Part shown: positions 18,991 to 28,482 of the stretch, piece by piece
Numbering within the stretch: position 1 is the stretch's first letter
Layout: every line of letters starts with the position of its first letter
From: a virus
Direction: 5' to 3' (one strand)
Length of the DNA: 64,000 nucleotides
IMG/VR virus record: IMGVR_UViG_3300018933_000004
Location: 14,791-78,790 of that record
Program-made: the position numbers and the translations under genes
The notes under the pieces: generated by a model
Told to the model about the DNA's origin: nothing
The model's input: the letters and a program-made list of their open reading frames with translations, nothing else
The model's database searches: none

Positions 18991-19254
18991 ATGAGCCGCC
19001 TCTACGACTGGGACGACGACAGCGTCACCGTCGCCATCGTCCCGCAGACCTGCCGCGCCTGCGGAAGCCAAACCGACCGCGTCCGGATGTCTCTCGACGT
19101 CGTCGTCTCCGAGACGTCCGGCTTCGTCGGCATCCGCACGCTGGCCGAGACCCCCTGTTGCGGTGGTAAGCGCAGCGCCCCCTACCCGGCCGAGCGCCTC
19201 GCCGAGCTCCTGGATCACCTCAAGCACTGCCCCAAGCACGAGAAAAAACCGTAA
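18991..19254 (+). CDS. Hypothetical zinc-binding protein
   Basis: MSRLYDW...CRACG...PCCGG...HCPKH. Confidence 0.55.
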   Translation: MSRLYDWDDDSVTVAIVPQTCRACGSQTDRVRMSLDVVVSETSGFVGIRTLAETPCCGGKRSAPYPAERLAELLDHLKHCPKHEKKP

Positions 19255-19281
19255 AACCGTCGACCCGTTGAGGAGAAGGTC

Positions 19282-19752
19282 ATGTACGCGCCCGACCCCA
19301 TCACCCCCGGCAAGATCGCCAAGCTCAGCGGCCTCGGCCTGCTCGCCCTCGTCCTGCTCGTCGGCCTCATCATGGGCTCCATCGCAGGCTTCAAGGGCTT
19401 CAACCGCTACCAGGCCACCGCCGACGCCAACAACCGTGCCAAGGTCGCCCAGATCAAGGCCAACAGCAACGTCAAGGTCACCGAGATCCAGATCCGCAAC
19501 CAGAAGCAGCGAGTCAAGGTCGCCGAGCAGCAGGCCGAGATCCGGCTGAAGAACGCCCAGGGCGTCCGCAAGGCACAGGACGAGATCGCCAAGACCCTGA
19601 CCCCGCTCTACGTGCAGTTCGAGTACGCCGAGGCGCTCAAGGAGATCGCCAAGAGCGGCAAGAACTCCTCCGTCATCTACATCCCGTCCGGCGAGGGCGG
19701 TGTGCCACTGGTCTCCGGCCTGCCCGGCCAGCCGTCGGTCGGCAAGAAGTAA
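19282..19752 (+). CDS. Membrane-anchored coiled-coil protein (SPFH C-terminus-like)
   Basis: N-terminal TM helix, coiled coil, YVQFEYAEAL...VIYIPSGEGGVPL. Confidence 0.65.
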   Translation: MYAPDPITPGKIAKLSGLGLLALVLLVGLIMGSIAGFKGFNRYQATADANNRAKVAQIKANSNVKVTEIQIRNQKQRVKVAEQQAEIRLKNAQGVRKAQDEIAKTLTPLYVQFEYAEALKEIAKSGKNSSVIYIPSGEGGVPLVSGLPGQPSVGKK

Positions 19753-19762
19753 TCCAGAGACC

Positions 19763-19798
19763 GAAGCCCCTCCCCGACGAGCACCGGGGAGGGGCTTC
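19763..19798. terminator. Bidirectional intrinsic terminator hairpin
   Basis: GAAGCCCCTCCCCG / CGGGGAGGGGCTTC between convergent genes. Confidence 0.8.
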
Positions 19799-19804
19799 GC
19801 TGTG

Positions 19805-20356
19805 TCAGCGGTCGGCCGCGTCCAGCAACTTCAGCAGGTCCTCGACCGAGATCTCGACCTGGCCGCCGATGAGGGAGGGGCGCACGCTGACCCCGTGGGC
19901 GGCGACGCGCTGGTGGAGCATCGACCAGAAGGCGTCGCGCTCCTCGCTGGCCCGCTGGCGCTCCTGCGCCTGCTGCTCCTCGCGGGCGTGGACCTCGTCC
20001 CACGGTCCCGGCAGCTGCTGGCCGCTGACCAGGACCAGGTAGACGCCCTTGGGCAGGGAGTCGTCGAACGCGCGCAGGGCCTCGGCGGCGGGCGTGCGTC
20101 CGTACAGCTCCGGCAGTTCCAGCTCCTGCAGCTGGCGGACCGCGTCCTCGTGCCGCGCGTGACAGGTGACGGCCAGGTATCCGGCCTTGGCGCCGTAGAT
20201 GGACGGCCGCGTCGACTGGGCGGGGGAGTACACGCCCTTGTTGAGCTGCCACGGGGTGCGGTCGTCGACCAGCCGCACCGGCCGCGACCGGTCGTAGGTG
20301 CCTCGGCCGGTGCGGTGGGCGTAGATGGTGCCGCGCTGCAGGTCTTCGCGCTTCAT
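19805..20356 (-). CDS. Hypothetical protein
   Basis: 183-aa ORF with GAGGAG RBS; coding strand C-rich like other genes. Confidence 0.75.
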   Translation of the reverse strand: MKREDLQRGTIYAHRTGRGTYDRSRPVRLVDDRTPWQLNKGVYSPAQSTRPSIYGAKAGYLAVTCHARHEDAVRQLQELELPELYGRTPAAEALRAFDDSLPKGVYLVLVSGQQLPGPWDEVHAREEQQAQERQRASEERDAFWSMLHQRVAAHGVSVRPSLIGGQVEISVEDLLKLLDAADR

Positions 20357-20673
20357 CGGGTTCTCCTCGAACTGGCGGGATTACAAGGAGGGTTGGCCAA
20401 CCCGGTGACACCACAGTAGAGGGACGAAGGTCCAGGTCAAAGCCTCGTCGCGGCGGCCGGGAAACGGCTGCGGGAGCCCGATCCGGCGATTCTCGCCTCC
20501 GATGGCCGCCGCAGCATGGCCGTGAAGCACTCTCGGAGCGCGAACGGGTGCCGAGAAGGGCGTACGCGGGTCAGAACCGCTACCCGCACCTTGTTCATAA
20601 CAGTCAGGTAACGGTTGTGGGGTGCTGTGCAGAGCCTCCCCGCCGCCACCAAGGGGCGAGGAGGGCGCCCCGC

Positions 20674-22872
20674 ATGAGCAGCAAGTACGAGGACACCTCG
20701 CCGCTGGCGAGCTTCGACCCACTAGCCATCCACCAGCTGTACCTCGGGCTTGAGGTGCCCGACCCGATCACGTTCGTGGTCTCCCCGAAGTACCTGAACC
20801 GGCCGAACCTCTATCCGCGCCAGGCCACCCTCATGAAGGTGTTCTTCCTGCGCGAGGACCTCTTCACCGAGTACGACTACCGGGTCGTCGCCGAGTGGGA
20901 CGAGTCCTACCGCACCGCCAAGAGCGCCAACGAGCAGCGCGCCGCCCGCGCCGCCGAGCTCGCCGAGCAGAACGCCGAAGAGGCCCTCGCGGCCGAAGTC
21001 GACGGCATCATGACCGACGCCCTCGACGAGCTCGCCGCGCAAGCCCTGCTGGAGGGCAACGAGGACGCTCCCAAAATGCCCCTGTCCGGCTCCCCGGACC
21101 TCCTGGGCCGCATGCGCGCCTGCAAGGCCCTCGGCTACCGCTGGTTCAAGGAAATCCTGCTGGTCATGGGCCGCCGAGCAGGCAAGGGCCACATCTCCGC
21201 CATCGCCATGAGCTACGTCCTGTGGTGCTACATGGCCAAGGGCGACCCCCAGGAGTTCTACGGCGTCGACCGCGACAAAAAACTAGCAGTGCTAATTTTT
21301 GCCGGTAAGCGCGACCAGGCCAAGCAGAACCTCTGGCGCGACCTCGTCAACGTCGTCACCGGCGCCCCGTGCTTCGCCCCCTACATCGCCAGCTCCCTCG
21401 GCGAGAAGCTCAGCGTGTACGCGCCGAACGACTACATCCGCATGGACGAGATGCGTAAGAAGGGCATCAAGACGGCCATGGACATGGCCACCTTCGAGAT
21501 CCTCCCGAAGGAGTCCACCGTCATGGCCGGTCGAGGCCCGGCCTCCATGATCCTCGGCTTCGACGAGATGGCCCACGTCGTCGCCTCCGGCGCCAACCGC
21601 TCCGCAGGCGAGGTCTACGACGCCTCCGTCCCCTCCCTCGACCAGTTCGGCAAGGACGGCTTCATCGTCGAACCCAGCTCGCCGTGGGAGATGAGCGGCA
21701 AGTTCTACGACAACTGGCTGCGCGCCACCCAGTTCGAGGTCGACGGCACCCCCACCTACCCCTCCGTCATGATGATCCAGCTCCCCAGCTGGGACATCTA
21801 CCTCGACTGGCAGATCGCCCACGAACTGCCCCTCTTCCCCGAGGGCTTCACCGGCGACAACGGCGAGTACGCCGACTGCGAACCGCCCGGCTTCAAGCCA
21901 CTCAAGGGCGCCATCCAGAACTACGACGAAGAGATGCGCAAGCTGGAGAAGGCGGACCCCGACACCTTCGCCGTCGAGCGCCGCGCCCAGTGGGCCACCG
22001 TCCTGGACGCCTACCTGAATCCGGACAAGGTCGAGGCCGTCTTCGGCCCCTGGTACGAGCGCCCCGCCCAGTACGGAGGCCCGCTCATCCTCCCCACCCA
22101 GCAGGGCATCCTCTCCTACGCCTACAAGGGCCACGCCGACCCCAGCTCCGTGAACTGCCGCTTCGGTGTCGCCGTCGCCCACACCGAGGTCGACACCGAA
22201 GGCCGCCCCCACGTCGTCTTCGACAAGATCCACTACTTCGACCCGGCCGACTTCCCCGGGCACACCATCGACTACGAGCAGGTCGAGGACTGGATCTGGG
22301 ACGAGATCATCGCCCCCTACCAGCCCGAGGAATTCACCTTCGACCAATACCAGAGCGTCGGCAGCATCCAGAAACTGGTCAAGAAGGTCGCCCGCACCCG
22401 CCTGGCCAAGCCGGTCTCCATCTACGAGCGCACCGCCACCAACGCGATCAACTGGAAGTACGCCGAGACCTTCAAGGCCGCGATCAACATGGGCCTGGTC
22501 CACGCCCCCGATCACAACGAGGGCATGCTGGAACTGAAGTTCCTCCAGAAGCCGCCGGGCATCAACCGCGTCGACCACCCCACCGTCGGCCCCGTCCAGA
22601 CCAAGGACATCGCCGACGCCATCATGATCACCACCTACGCCCTCATCGGCGACTGGATCGCGGGCTACAAGGAGATGCTCAACGCCGCCACACCGACCGG
22701 CGTACTCCAGGGCGGCCTGCACGGCACCAGCGCCCGCACCCCCGACATGGCCGCCCCCGACTACGACATGCAGGCACGCCTGGATGCCCTGCGCAGCTTC
22801 ACCCGCACCCGTACAGGACGCATGGGCTGGGAACAAGGCCTCGGCCGCACAAGGACCGGATATCGCCGCTGA
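20674..22872 (+). CDS. terL: Terminase large subunit
   Basis: YPRQ adenine motif; Walker A MGRRAGKG; Walker B ILGFDEMAH; SSPWEMSGKFY; RNase H-like C-terminus ending KDIADAI; GAGGAGG RBS before ATG 20674. Confidence 0.85.
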   Translation: MSSKYEDTSPLASFDPLAIHQLYLGLEVPDPITFVVSPKYLNRPNLYPRQATLMKVFFLREDLFTEYDYRVVAEWDESYRTAKSANEQRAARAAELAEQNAEEALAAEVDGIMTDALDELAAQALLEGNEDAPKMPLSGSPDLLGRMRACKALGYRWFKEILLVMGRRAGKGHISAIAMSYVLWCYMAKGDPQEFYGVDRDKKLAVLIFAGKRDQAKQNLWRDLVNVVTGAPCFAPYIASSLGEKLSVYAPNDYIRMDEMRKKGIKTAMDMATFEILPKESTVMAGRGPASMILGFDEMAHVVASGANRSAGEVYDASVPSLDQFGKDGFIVEPSSPWEMSGKFYDNWLRATQFEVDGTPTYPSVMMIQLPSWDIYLDWQIAHELPLFPEGFTGDNGEYADCEPPGFKPLKGAIQNYDEEMRKLEKADPDTFAVERRAQWATVLDAYLNPDKVEAVFGPWYERPAQYGGPLILPTQQGILSYAYKGHADPSSVNCRFGVAVAHTEVDTEGRPHVVFDKIHYFDPADFPGHTIDYEQVEDWIWDEIIAPYQPEEFTFDQYQSVGSIQKLVKKVARTRLAKPVSIYERTATNAINWKYAETFKAAINMGLVHAPDHNEGMLELKFLQKPPGINRVDHPTVGPVQTKDIADAIMITTYALIGDWIAGYKEMLNAATPTGVLQGGLHGTSARTPDMAAPDYDMQARLDALRSFTRTRTGRMGWEQGLGRTRTGYRR

Positions 22873-23087
22873 CAAGGAAGGGTCGCCTTGCTTGCAAGGA
22901 AAGCCACGTGGCACGATGAGCCTGTCTCGTGCATGGGGCTGTTGGATCTTTCCCCGCGTTTGAGGGATTGCCGCAGTCCGGCGGGCGTGCCTTGCGTATT
23001 CCGGCGTCAGACCGACCAGGTCGGCCGGGCAGGGTGTGGTGGCGTCTGGCGGGATTGACTACCACTTAAAACGTCGCGCGAGACACT

Positions 23088-23119
23088 GAGCCCCCCGGCC
23101 TGGTACCACCGGGGGGCTC
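23088..23119. terminator. Terminator-like hairpin
   Basis: GAGCCCCCCGG / CCGGGGGGCTC. Confidence 0.7.
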
Positions 23120-23175
23120 CCTTATGCCCATGTCCTCCACCCCTTCACCGACGTGAAGGGCTGGAGGTGCAGGGG

Positions 23176-25824
23176 ATGACGGACATCAGCGCGACCAGCT
23201 TCTTCCGCCAGGCCAGTGCGGCCGACAGTGGCGGCATCGACTTCGAGCACGAGGAGATCGACACCGGCGGCAGCAAGCGCCCCACCAAGATCCACCTGCA
23301 TGCCGTCGACCCCGACTCCGGCGACCGCATGGGCACCCTCACCTATCACGTACCCCGCCGCAAGGCCGACAAGATCCTCGTCGAGCACCTCGGCACCGAG
23401 GAGACCCACCAGGGCAAGGGCGTCGCCTCCGCCCTCATGGACGAGATGCAGCGCCGCCACCCCGCCACCCCCATAGATCACGGCGACCGCACTGACGCGG
23501 GCAAGGGCTGGTGGAACAAGTACACCGACGGCAAGACCGTCCGACGCGGACGCACCATGGCCTCTCGTACCACGGCCACCGTCCCAGAGACGTACGCGCG
23601 CGGGGAAGGCGAGGACTGGCTGGACCACCAGAACCGCGTCCGGCGCGGCCTGTCTCTCGGTCACCTCACCTACATGCAGGCGCGCGACCACGGCTACAGC
23701 GGCGACGCACGCCAGGACACACGCGACGACTGGACCGGCCAGCACACCGAGGGCAAAGGCTGGCAGCCGCTTCCGCCCAATCTCTACCACACCACCACCG
23801 ACGCCGCCGGAGTCATGGCCCACGGCCTCAAGAGCGGCAACGAACTCGGCCAGAAACGTGGCCACGGCCTGGGCGGCACACCTGAGTGGCTGTCCATGAC
23901 CGACCGCGAAGACCACGCCCACAGCATGCTCGACGCCCTGCACGAGTACCACGCCCACCTCAACGGCAAGACCACCTACGCCGACCTGCACCGCGCGGCC
24001 CAGAACGCCGAGGGCGCCGAGAAGCCCTTCCACGACGCGTTCGAGCAGGGCGTCACCGGCGGCCACAACGACCACGCCAAGGACTCCATCCGGCGCGGCA
24101 AACGCCTGGAGCCCGGCTTCGCCTCCTACGACGAGGCCAAGGAGAAGGGCTGGACACCCCACCCGACGCTCCACCGCAACCTCGGAGTCGGCAAGAACGA
24201 CCAGGAGTTCGGCACCGGCTGGGAACGCGAACCCACCGTTGAGGAACGCCACGATGAGTACGGCGCCTTCTCCCGCGCCCGCCAGTGGTCCGGCAAGGGC
24301 AAGCCGTCGATCTTGTTCACCTCCAACGACCGCGAGGAATTCGCCAAGAAAGACCCCTCCAACTTCGCCGTTCTCCACGTCCGCCCCCGGCCCGGTGCCC
24401 ACGGCTTCCCCATGAAGACCGAGCACGAGTGGCGCACCGGCACCGGCGACGCCGTCGAGGTCCACGGCGAACCCATCCGCCGCCAGGCCGCCGCCACCAA
24501 GCTGTGCCCCTGCTGCGGCGGCACCGGCGAGCACGACACTGGCTTCGAGTGCTACCACTGCGACGGCGGCCCCGACGACGCCACCTGCGACGGACGCCTC
24601 CTCGACGGCGGCCACAGCAAGACGGCCGCCCTGCGGACGATGCAGCCCGAGGAATACCGGGCCCTCTCCTTCCCTGACCACCCCGGCCGCAGCCTCGACC
24701 AGGTCGCCCAGCGCCTTCAGAAGGCCAGCCCCGAGTACTACACCCAGCTCAAAGAGCACGCTGCACAGCACGGCATCCAGACCCCTGTGCTGCTCGACGG
24801 CAGCCAGGTGATGGACGGCCACCACCGGCTTTCCGTCGCCCATGAGCTGGGCCTGCCCGTGCCGGTCGGCGACTACAACAACGAGACGCACTACAACCAG
24901 GCGATGGACCACCCCCTGGCCAAGGAGTGGTACCGCAAGCGCACCGACCTCGGCGTCCGCCGGATCGCCTTCGCCACCCCTGTCCCGGACAACCGCGAGC
25001 CCTACCAGCACGAGCACCCCTGGCTGCCCCGAGACCACTTCTTCGCCCCCGGCGAAAAGGACCTGGACCCGCGCCTGTTCGACGAGAACGATCGCATGCA
25101 CCCCATCGTCCGCCAGCACATCCTCAGCCTGCTCAACGGCTTCTGGGCGCCCAAGTACGGCGACGCCTGGCAGTCCTGGGCCCGCGTCTACCTCGCCGGA
25201 TCCGAGGCCAGCCACTTCTACGGCAACGGCGACCTCGACATCCTCATCGGCGTCGACTACGCCCGCGCCCGCGAACACGCCCCAGCCCTCGCCAGCCTCT
25301 CCGACGAGGAGATCAGCACCCACCTCACCGACGAGCTGCGCCACGGCCTCAACGACGACGCCCGCATGCTCCCCGGCCCGGACGGCAAAGAGACCGGCCC
25401 CTGGGAAAATACTTGGTATGTGAACGAATCGTCGTTCGATATCAGGGCGATCAAGCCGTACGCCGCCTACGACATCACCCGAGACGAATGGGCCGTCAAG
25501 CCGGTAGAGGTACCTGACGACTTCGGGCCCGAGAAGCTCCCCGAAAGCACTTGGGACGTGTTCGAAGCAGTGCAGAAGCTGATCGGCGCCATCCGGGAAC
25601 TTCCCGACGGTGTACGTGAAAGAGAAGGGGCTGCACTGTACGATTACCTCCACACTGACCGCCACAGTGCATTCGGGCCCGAGGGATCGGGCCTCTACGA
25701 CCCTGCAAACGCCGTCTGGAAAGCTCTCGACAAGGCCCCAGGCCAGCCGCTGCAGCAGCTCATCGACTGGAAGCACGCCCACGACGGCGTGGCCGCCGCC
25801 ACGGACCAGGAGAAGGCCGCATGA
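23176..25824 (+). CDS. Polyvalent protein: GNAT-like, ART-like, Zn finger, ParB-like, nucleotidyltransferase
   Basis: HQGKGVASALM (GNAT motif A); LYHTT...GLKSG (ART-like); CPCCGGTG...CYHCDG; VMDGHHRL (ParB/Srx); LAGSEAS...GDLDILI (Pol-beta NTase). Confidence 0.75.
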   Translation: MTDISATSFFRQASAADSGGIDFEHEEIDTGGSKRPTKIHLHAVDPDSGDRMGTLTYHVPRRKADKILVEHLGTEETHQGKGVASALMDEMQRRHPATPIDHGDRTDAGKGWWNKYTDGKTVRRGRTMASRTTATVPETYARGEGEDWLDHQNRVRRGLSLGHLTYMQARDHGYSGDARQDTRDDWTGQHTEGKGWQPLPPNLYHTTTDAAGVMAHGLKSGNELGQKRGHGLGGTPEWLSMTDREDHAHSMLDALHEYHAHLNGKTTYADLHRAAQNAEGAEKPFHDAFEQGVTGGHNDHAKDSIRRGKRLEPGFASYDEAKEKGWTPHPTLHRNLGVGKNDQEFGTGWEREPTVEERHDEYGAFSRARQWSGKGKPSILFTSNDREEFAKKDPSNFAVLHVRPRPGAHGFPMKTEHEWRTGTGDAVEVHGEPIRRQAAATKLCPCCGGTGEHDTGFECYHCDGGPDDATCDGRLLDGGHSKTAALRTMQPEEYRALSFPDHPGRSLDQVAQRLQKASPEYYTQLKEHAAQHGIQTPVLLDGSQVMDGHHRLSVAHELGLPVPVGDYNNETHYNQAMDHPLAKEWYRKRTDLGVRRIAFATPVPDNREPYQHEHPWLPRDHFFAPGEKDLDPRLFDENDRMHPIVRQHILSLLNGFWAPKYGDAWQSWARVYLAGSEASHFYGNGDLDILIGVDYARAREHAPALASLSDEEISTHLTDELRHGLNDDARMLPGPDGKETGPWENTWYVNESSFDIRAIKPYAAYDITRDEWAVKPVEVPDDFGPEKLPESTWDVFEAVQKLIGAIRELPDGVREREGAALYDYLHTDRHSAFGPEGSGLYDPANAVWKALDKAPGQPLQQLIDWKHAHDGVAAATDQEKAA

Positions 25825-27587
25825 CCGAGTTCAACGCCGTCGCGTACTTCCGACAGACTGGAGGCATGGCGGAACAGCCTCGCTACTTCCATGGGACTCG
25901 TTATCCCTTCAAGCCCGGGGATCTGATCGAGCCGGGCCGGAAGTCGAACCAGGGGTACGGCCAGGCCAACGACCGGGTCTTCTTCACCCACCGTCCTGAG
26001 ATCGCCAAGCATTTCGCAGACTCTGCCGACGACCCCGAAGGCCACGAGGGTGCCCGCCCCCGGGTGTATGAGGTCGAGCCGACCGGCCCGCACGAGCTGG
26101 ACACGGACGAACTGCCCGAAGACGCTGAGCGCGCAGGCTCTCGCCAGAGCCGCCACCCCCTCCGGGTCGTCCAGGAGCACCACTCCACATGGGAGCCGGA
26201 CGAGGATGATCACTTCGATGCCAGCGAGTTCGAGGACGAAGGGTGCGGGGAGTGCGGCAAGGCCATGACGAAGGAGCCGTGGTGCAAGAACTGTGGTGAT
26301 CAGCACCACACGGTCTGCTGCGAGGAGGGCGATGAGCAGCACCACACGGCATCAGTTTCGATCACCGCGACCGCGTTCTTCAAGAAGACGCACGATGCCC
26401 TCGAAGGAGGCAGCAATGGACGAGCCGACCAGGAAAGCGCCCGAACCGCAGGACAAGGACGGCCACGCCGTCAGCCCGGAGCTGGAGGCGAAGCTGCAGG
26501 AGCGGGCCAGGACGCCGCAGGAGGAGCACCTGCCGTGGGAGCCGATCAAGGAGGAGCTGGGCCTGTAGGCCCGCGCCAGGTCTCCTTCCACCCGGCGGCG
26601 AAGAAGGAGCTGCTCAAGCTCGACGGCGCCAGCCGCAAGCGCGTCGCCGCCACCATCAACGCCCTGCAGCGCGGCGACGAGGGCCTGCAGACCCACGCCC
26701 TGACCCAGCCGCTCAAGGGCTGGAGCTCCACCAAAGCCTCGCGCGGCCACCGCGTCATTCACCGCGACCTCGATGACGGCACCCTGCACATCGGATACAT
26801 CGGCCTCCACGAGTACGACAAGGCCATCAACCGGCTCTCCTCGCTGACGGACTTCTTCCGCACGGCGGACCTGCGGGAGACTGCTTCCGTGGACGACGAT
26901 TACCGCATGCAGCACCGGGCTCCCGGCCCGCAGCACGCTCCGCTGCACGACCCGATGACCCACGACGAGTTCGGGCCGTCCGAGACCGTCGACCTCACCC
27001 ACCTCACTCCTCGCACCTCGGCCCTGCAGCTGACTGAGCCCGAGGAGCGCCTGCTGCAGCGTGAGGCGGCCGCCGTCGCCCACGACCACGGCGTCATGGT
27101 CGCCCTCGTCCCGCCGCGCGAGATAGCCGAGCAGCTGGCCATGGCCGACGGGCAGCCGGTCGACGACCTGCACATCACTCTGGCCTACCTGGGCAACGTC
27201 GCCGACTACCGCCCTGACCAGCTCGCCCGGCTCCCGAGGGTCGTCGCGGCCTGGGCATCCGGCCAGCGGCCGGTGACCGTCCGGGTCGGCGGAGTCGGCA
27301 CCTTCAACAACGCCTACAAGGACCAGCACGTCCTGTACGCCGCCATGGACATCCCCGGCGGCGCCCAGGTGCACACCAGCCTCGCCCAGCACCTGGAGAG
27401 GCACGGCTACCGGCTCCCCAGCGAGCACGGATGGACGCCCCACATGACCCTGCGGTACGTCGACCGGCACCACCGGTTCATGCCGCAACTGGACGGACAC
27501 AACTGGGAAGCGACCGAGGTGGTCACCTACCTCTGTGGAGAACGCCACCCGGCCTGCCTCGGCATCCGTCCCACCACCACGCTGTAA
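25821..27587 (+). CDS. Polyvalent protein: Arr-like ADP-ribosyltransferase, RelE/ParE-like toxin, 2H phosphoesterase
   Basis: YFHGT...PGDLIEPG...VYEVEPTG; FHPAAKKELLKLD...HRVIHR; HITL and HMTL 2H motifs. Confidence 0.8.
   Translation: MTEFNAVAYFRQTGGMAEQPRYFHGTRYPFKPGDLIEPGRKSNQGYGQANDRVFFTHRPEIAKHFADSADDPEGHEGARPRVYEVEPTGPHELDTDELPEDAERAGSRQSRHPLRVVQEHHSTWEPDEDDHFDASEFEDEGCGECGKAMTKEPWCKNCGDQHHTVCCEEGDEQHHTASVSITATAFFKKTHDALEGGSNGRADQESARTAGQGRPRRQPGAGGEAAGAGQDAAGGAPAVGADQGGAGPVGPRQVSFHPAAKKELLKLDGASRKRVAATINALQRGDEGLQTHALTQPLKGWSSTKASRGHRVIHRDLDDGTLHIGYIGLHEYDKAINRLSSLTDFFRTADLRETASVDDDYRMQHRAPGPQHAPLHDPMTHDEFGPSETVDLTHLTPRTSALQLTEPEERLLQREAAAVAHDHGVMVALVPPREIAEQLAMADGQPVDDLHITLAYLGNVADYRPDQLARLPRVVAAWASGQRPVTVRVGGVGTFNNAYKDQHVLYAAMDIPGGAQVHTSLAQHLERHGYRLPSEHGWTPHMTLRYVDRHHRFMPQLDGHNWEATEVVTYLCGERHPACLGIRPTTTL
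26416..26568 (+). CDS. Nested antitoxin-like ORF (50 aa, alternate frame)
   Basis: GAAGGAGG RBS 5 nt before ATG 26416; VSPELEAKLQER...LPWEPIKEELGL; ends just before the RelE-like domain. Confidence 0.6.
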   Translation: MDEPTRKAPEPQDKDGHAVSPELEAKLQERARTPQEEHLPWEPIKEELGL

Positions 27588-27625
27588 CGTCCCGCCAGAC
27601 GTACGGCAGTCAGGAGAACACCGCT

Positions 27626-28387
27626 GTGACCACCGCCGCCAAGCCCATCCCGGAGCACATCAAGAACGTCCAGAGGGACGCCGATGCGATGGGCTGGGAC
27701 GTGCAGACCACTCCCACCAGCGTCAAGATCACTCCGCCGAACGCCAAGAAGAACCAGGCGATCACCATCTCGCTGAACCCCCCGCCCGCCCCGCCGCAGA
27801 TGCAGGCCCAGCTGGCCAAGGGCGGCTTCCTCGCGGCGCTGCAGGCCTGGAGTCGCGAGCAGGACGGCAAGAAGCAGGAGACCGACCAGCCGACCGACGG
27901 CAAGCGGATCTGCCCTGAGTGCAAGGCCGACGGCGCGAAGGAGCCCTACACCAGCGACCGCGTCCAGAGCATGGCCGCGCACCGCCGCAAGGCCCACGGC
28001 ATCCTCGGCAAGAGCGCGGAGGCCGTGCGCCGCCGCGAGCAGCTGGCCGCTGCCAAGAAGGCCGCCGCGAAGAAGGCGGCCCCGAAGAAGCCCGCGCCCA
28101 AGGCGGCCGTCCCGACCCAGCGCGCTGAGCCCGAACCCAAGGCCGAGCCCACTGCCGCCCTGCAGGTCAACGTGGACCTCCTGCCCAACCCGGTCGCCGA
28201 GGCCGTGAGCACGCTGCTCACCGCCGTCAAGGAGGCCACCGGCGGTACCGACGCTCTCCGCAAGGAGGTCGAGGAGCTGCGCGACTTCCGCAACAAGGTC
28301 GTCGAGCTCGTCAATGACGGGACCAAGGCCCCCGTCCACGTCGTGGCCTTTATCCTCGACCTGGCCAACGCCACCGAGGAGCTGTAG
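27626..28387 (+). CDS. Putative DNA-binding protein with C2H2 finger and AKK-rich histone-like tract
   Basis: CPEC...HRRKAH; AAAKKAAAKKAAPKKPAPKA; AGGAG RBS before GTG 27626. Confidence 0.65.
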   Translation: MTTAAKPIPEHIKNVQRDADAMGWDVQTTPTSVKITPPNAKKNQAITISLNPPPAPPQMQAQLAKGGFLAALQAWSREQDGKKQETDQPTDGKRICPECKADGAKEPYTSDRVQSMAAHRRKAHGILGKSAEAVRRREQLAAAKKAAAKKAAPKKPAPKAAVPTQRAEPEPKAEPTAALQVNVDLLPNPVAEAVSTLLTAVKEATGGTDALRKEVEELRDFRNKVVELVNDGTKAPVHVVAFILDLANATEEL

Positions 28388-28413
28388 TCCGCACCGGCCG
28401 AACGCCCCCATCC

Positions 28414-28442
28414 TTGCAACGCATCTTTGGATGCGTTACGGT
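28414..28442 (+). promoter_or_regulatory. Conserved promoter/palindrome, copy 1
   Basis: TTGCAA-17-TACGGT with the AACGCATC-TTTG-GATGCGTT palindrome in the spacer. Confidence 0.75.
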
Positions 28443-28482
28443 GGGGGCGTTCCCTTGTCCAGCAACATGAAGGAGGCGCCCT

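Noticed and set aside
25821-26160. Annotating as rifampicin-resistance gene arr
   Set aside because: Only a domain within a polyprotein; the substrate cannot be inferred from the motif
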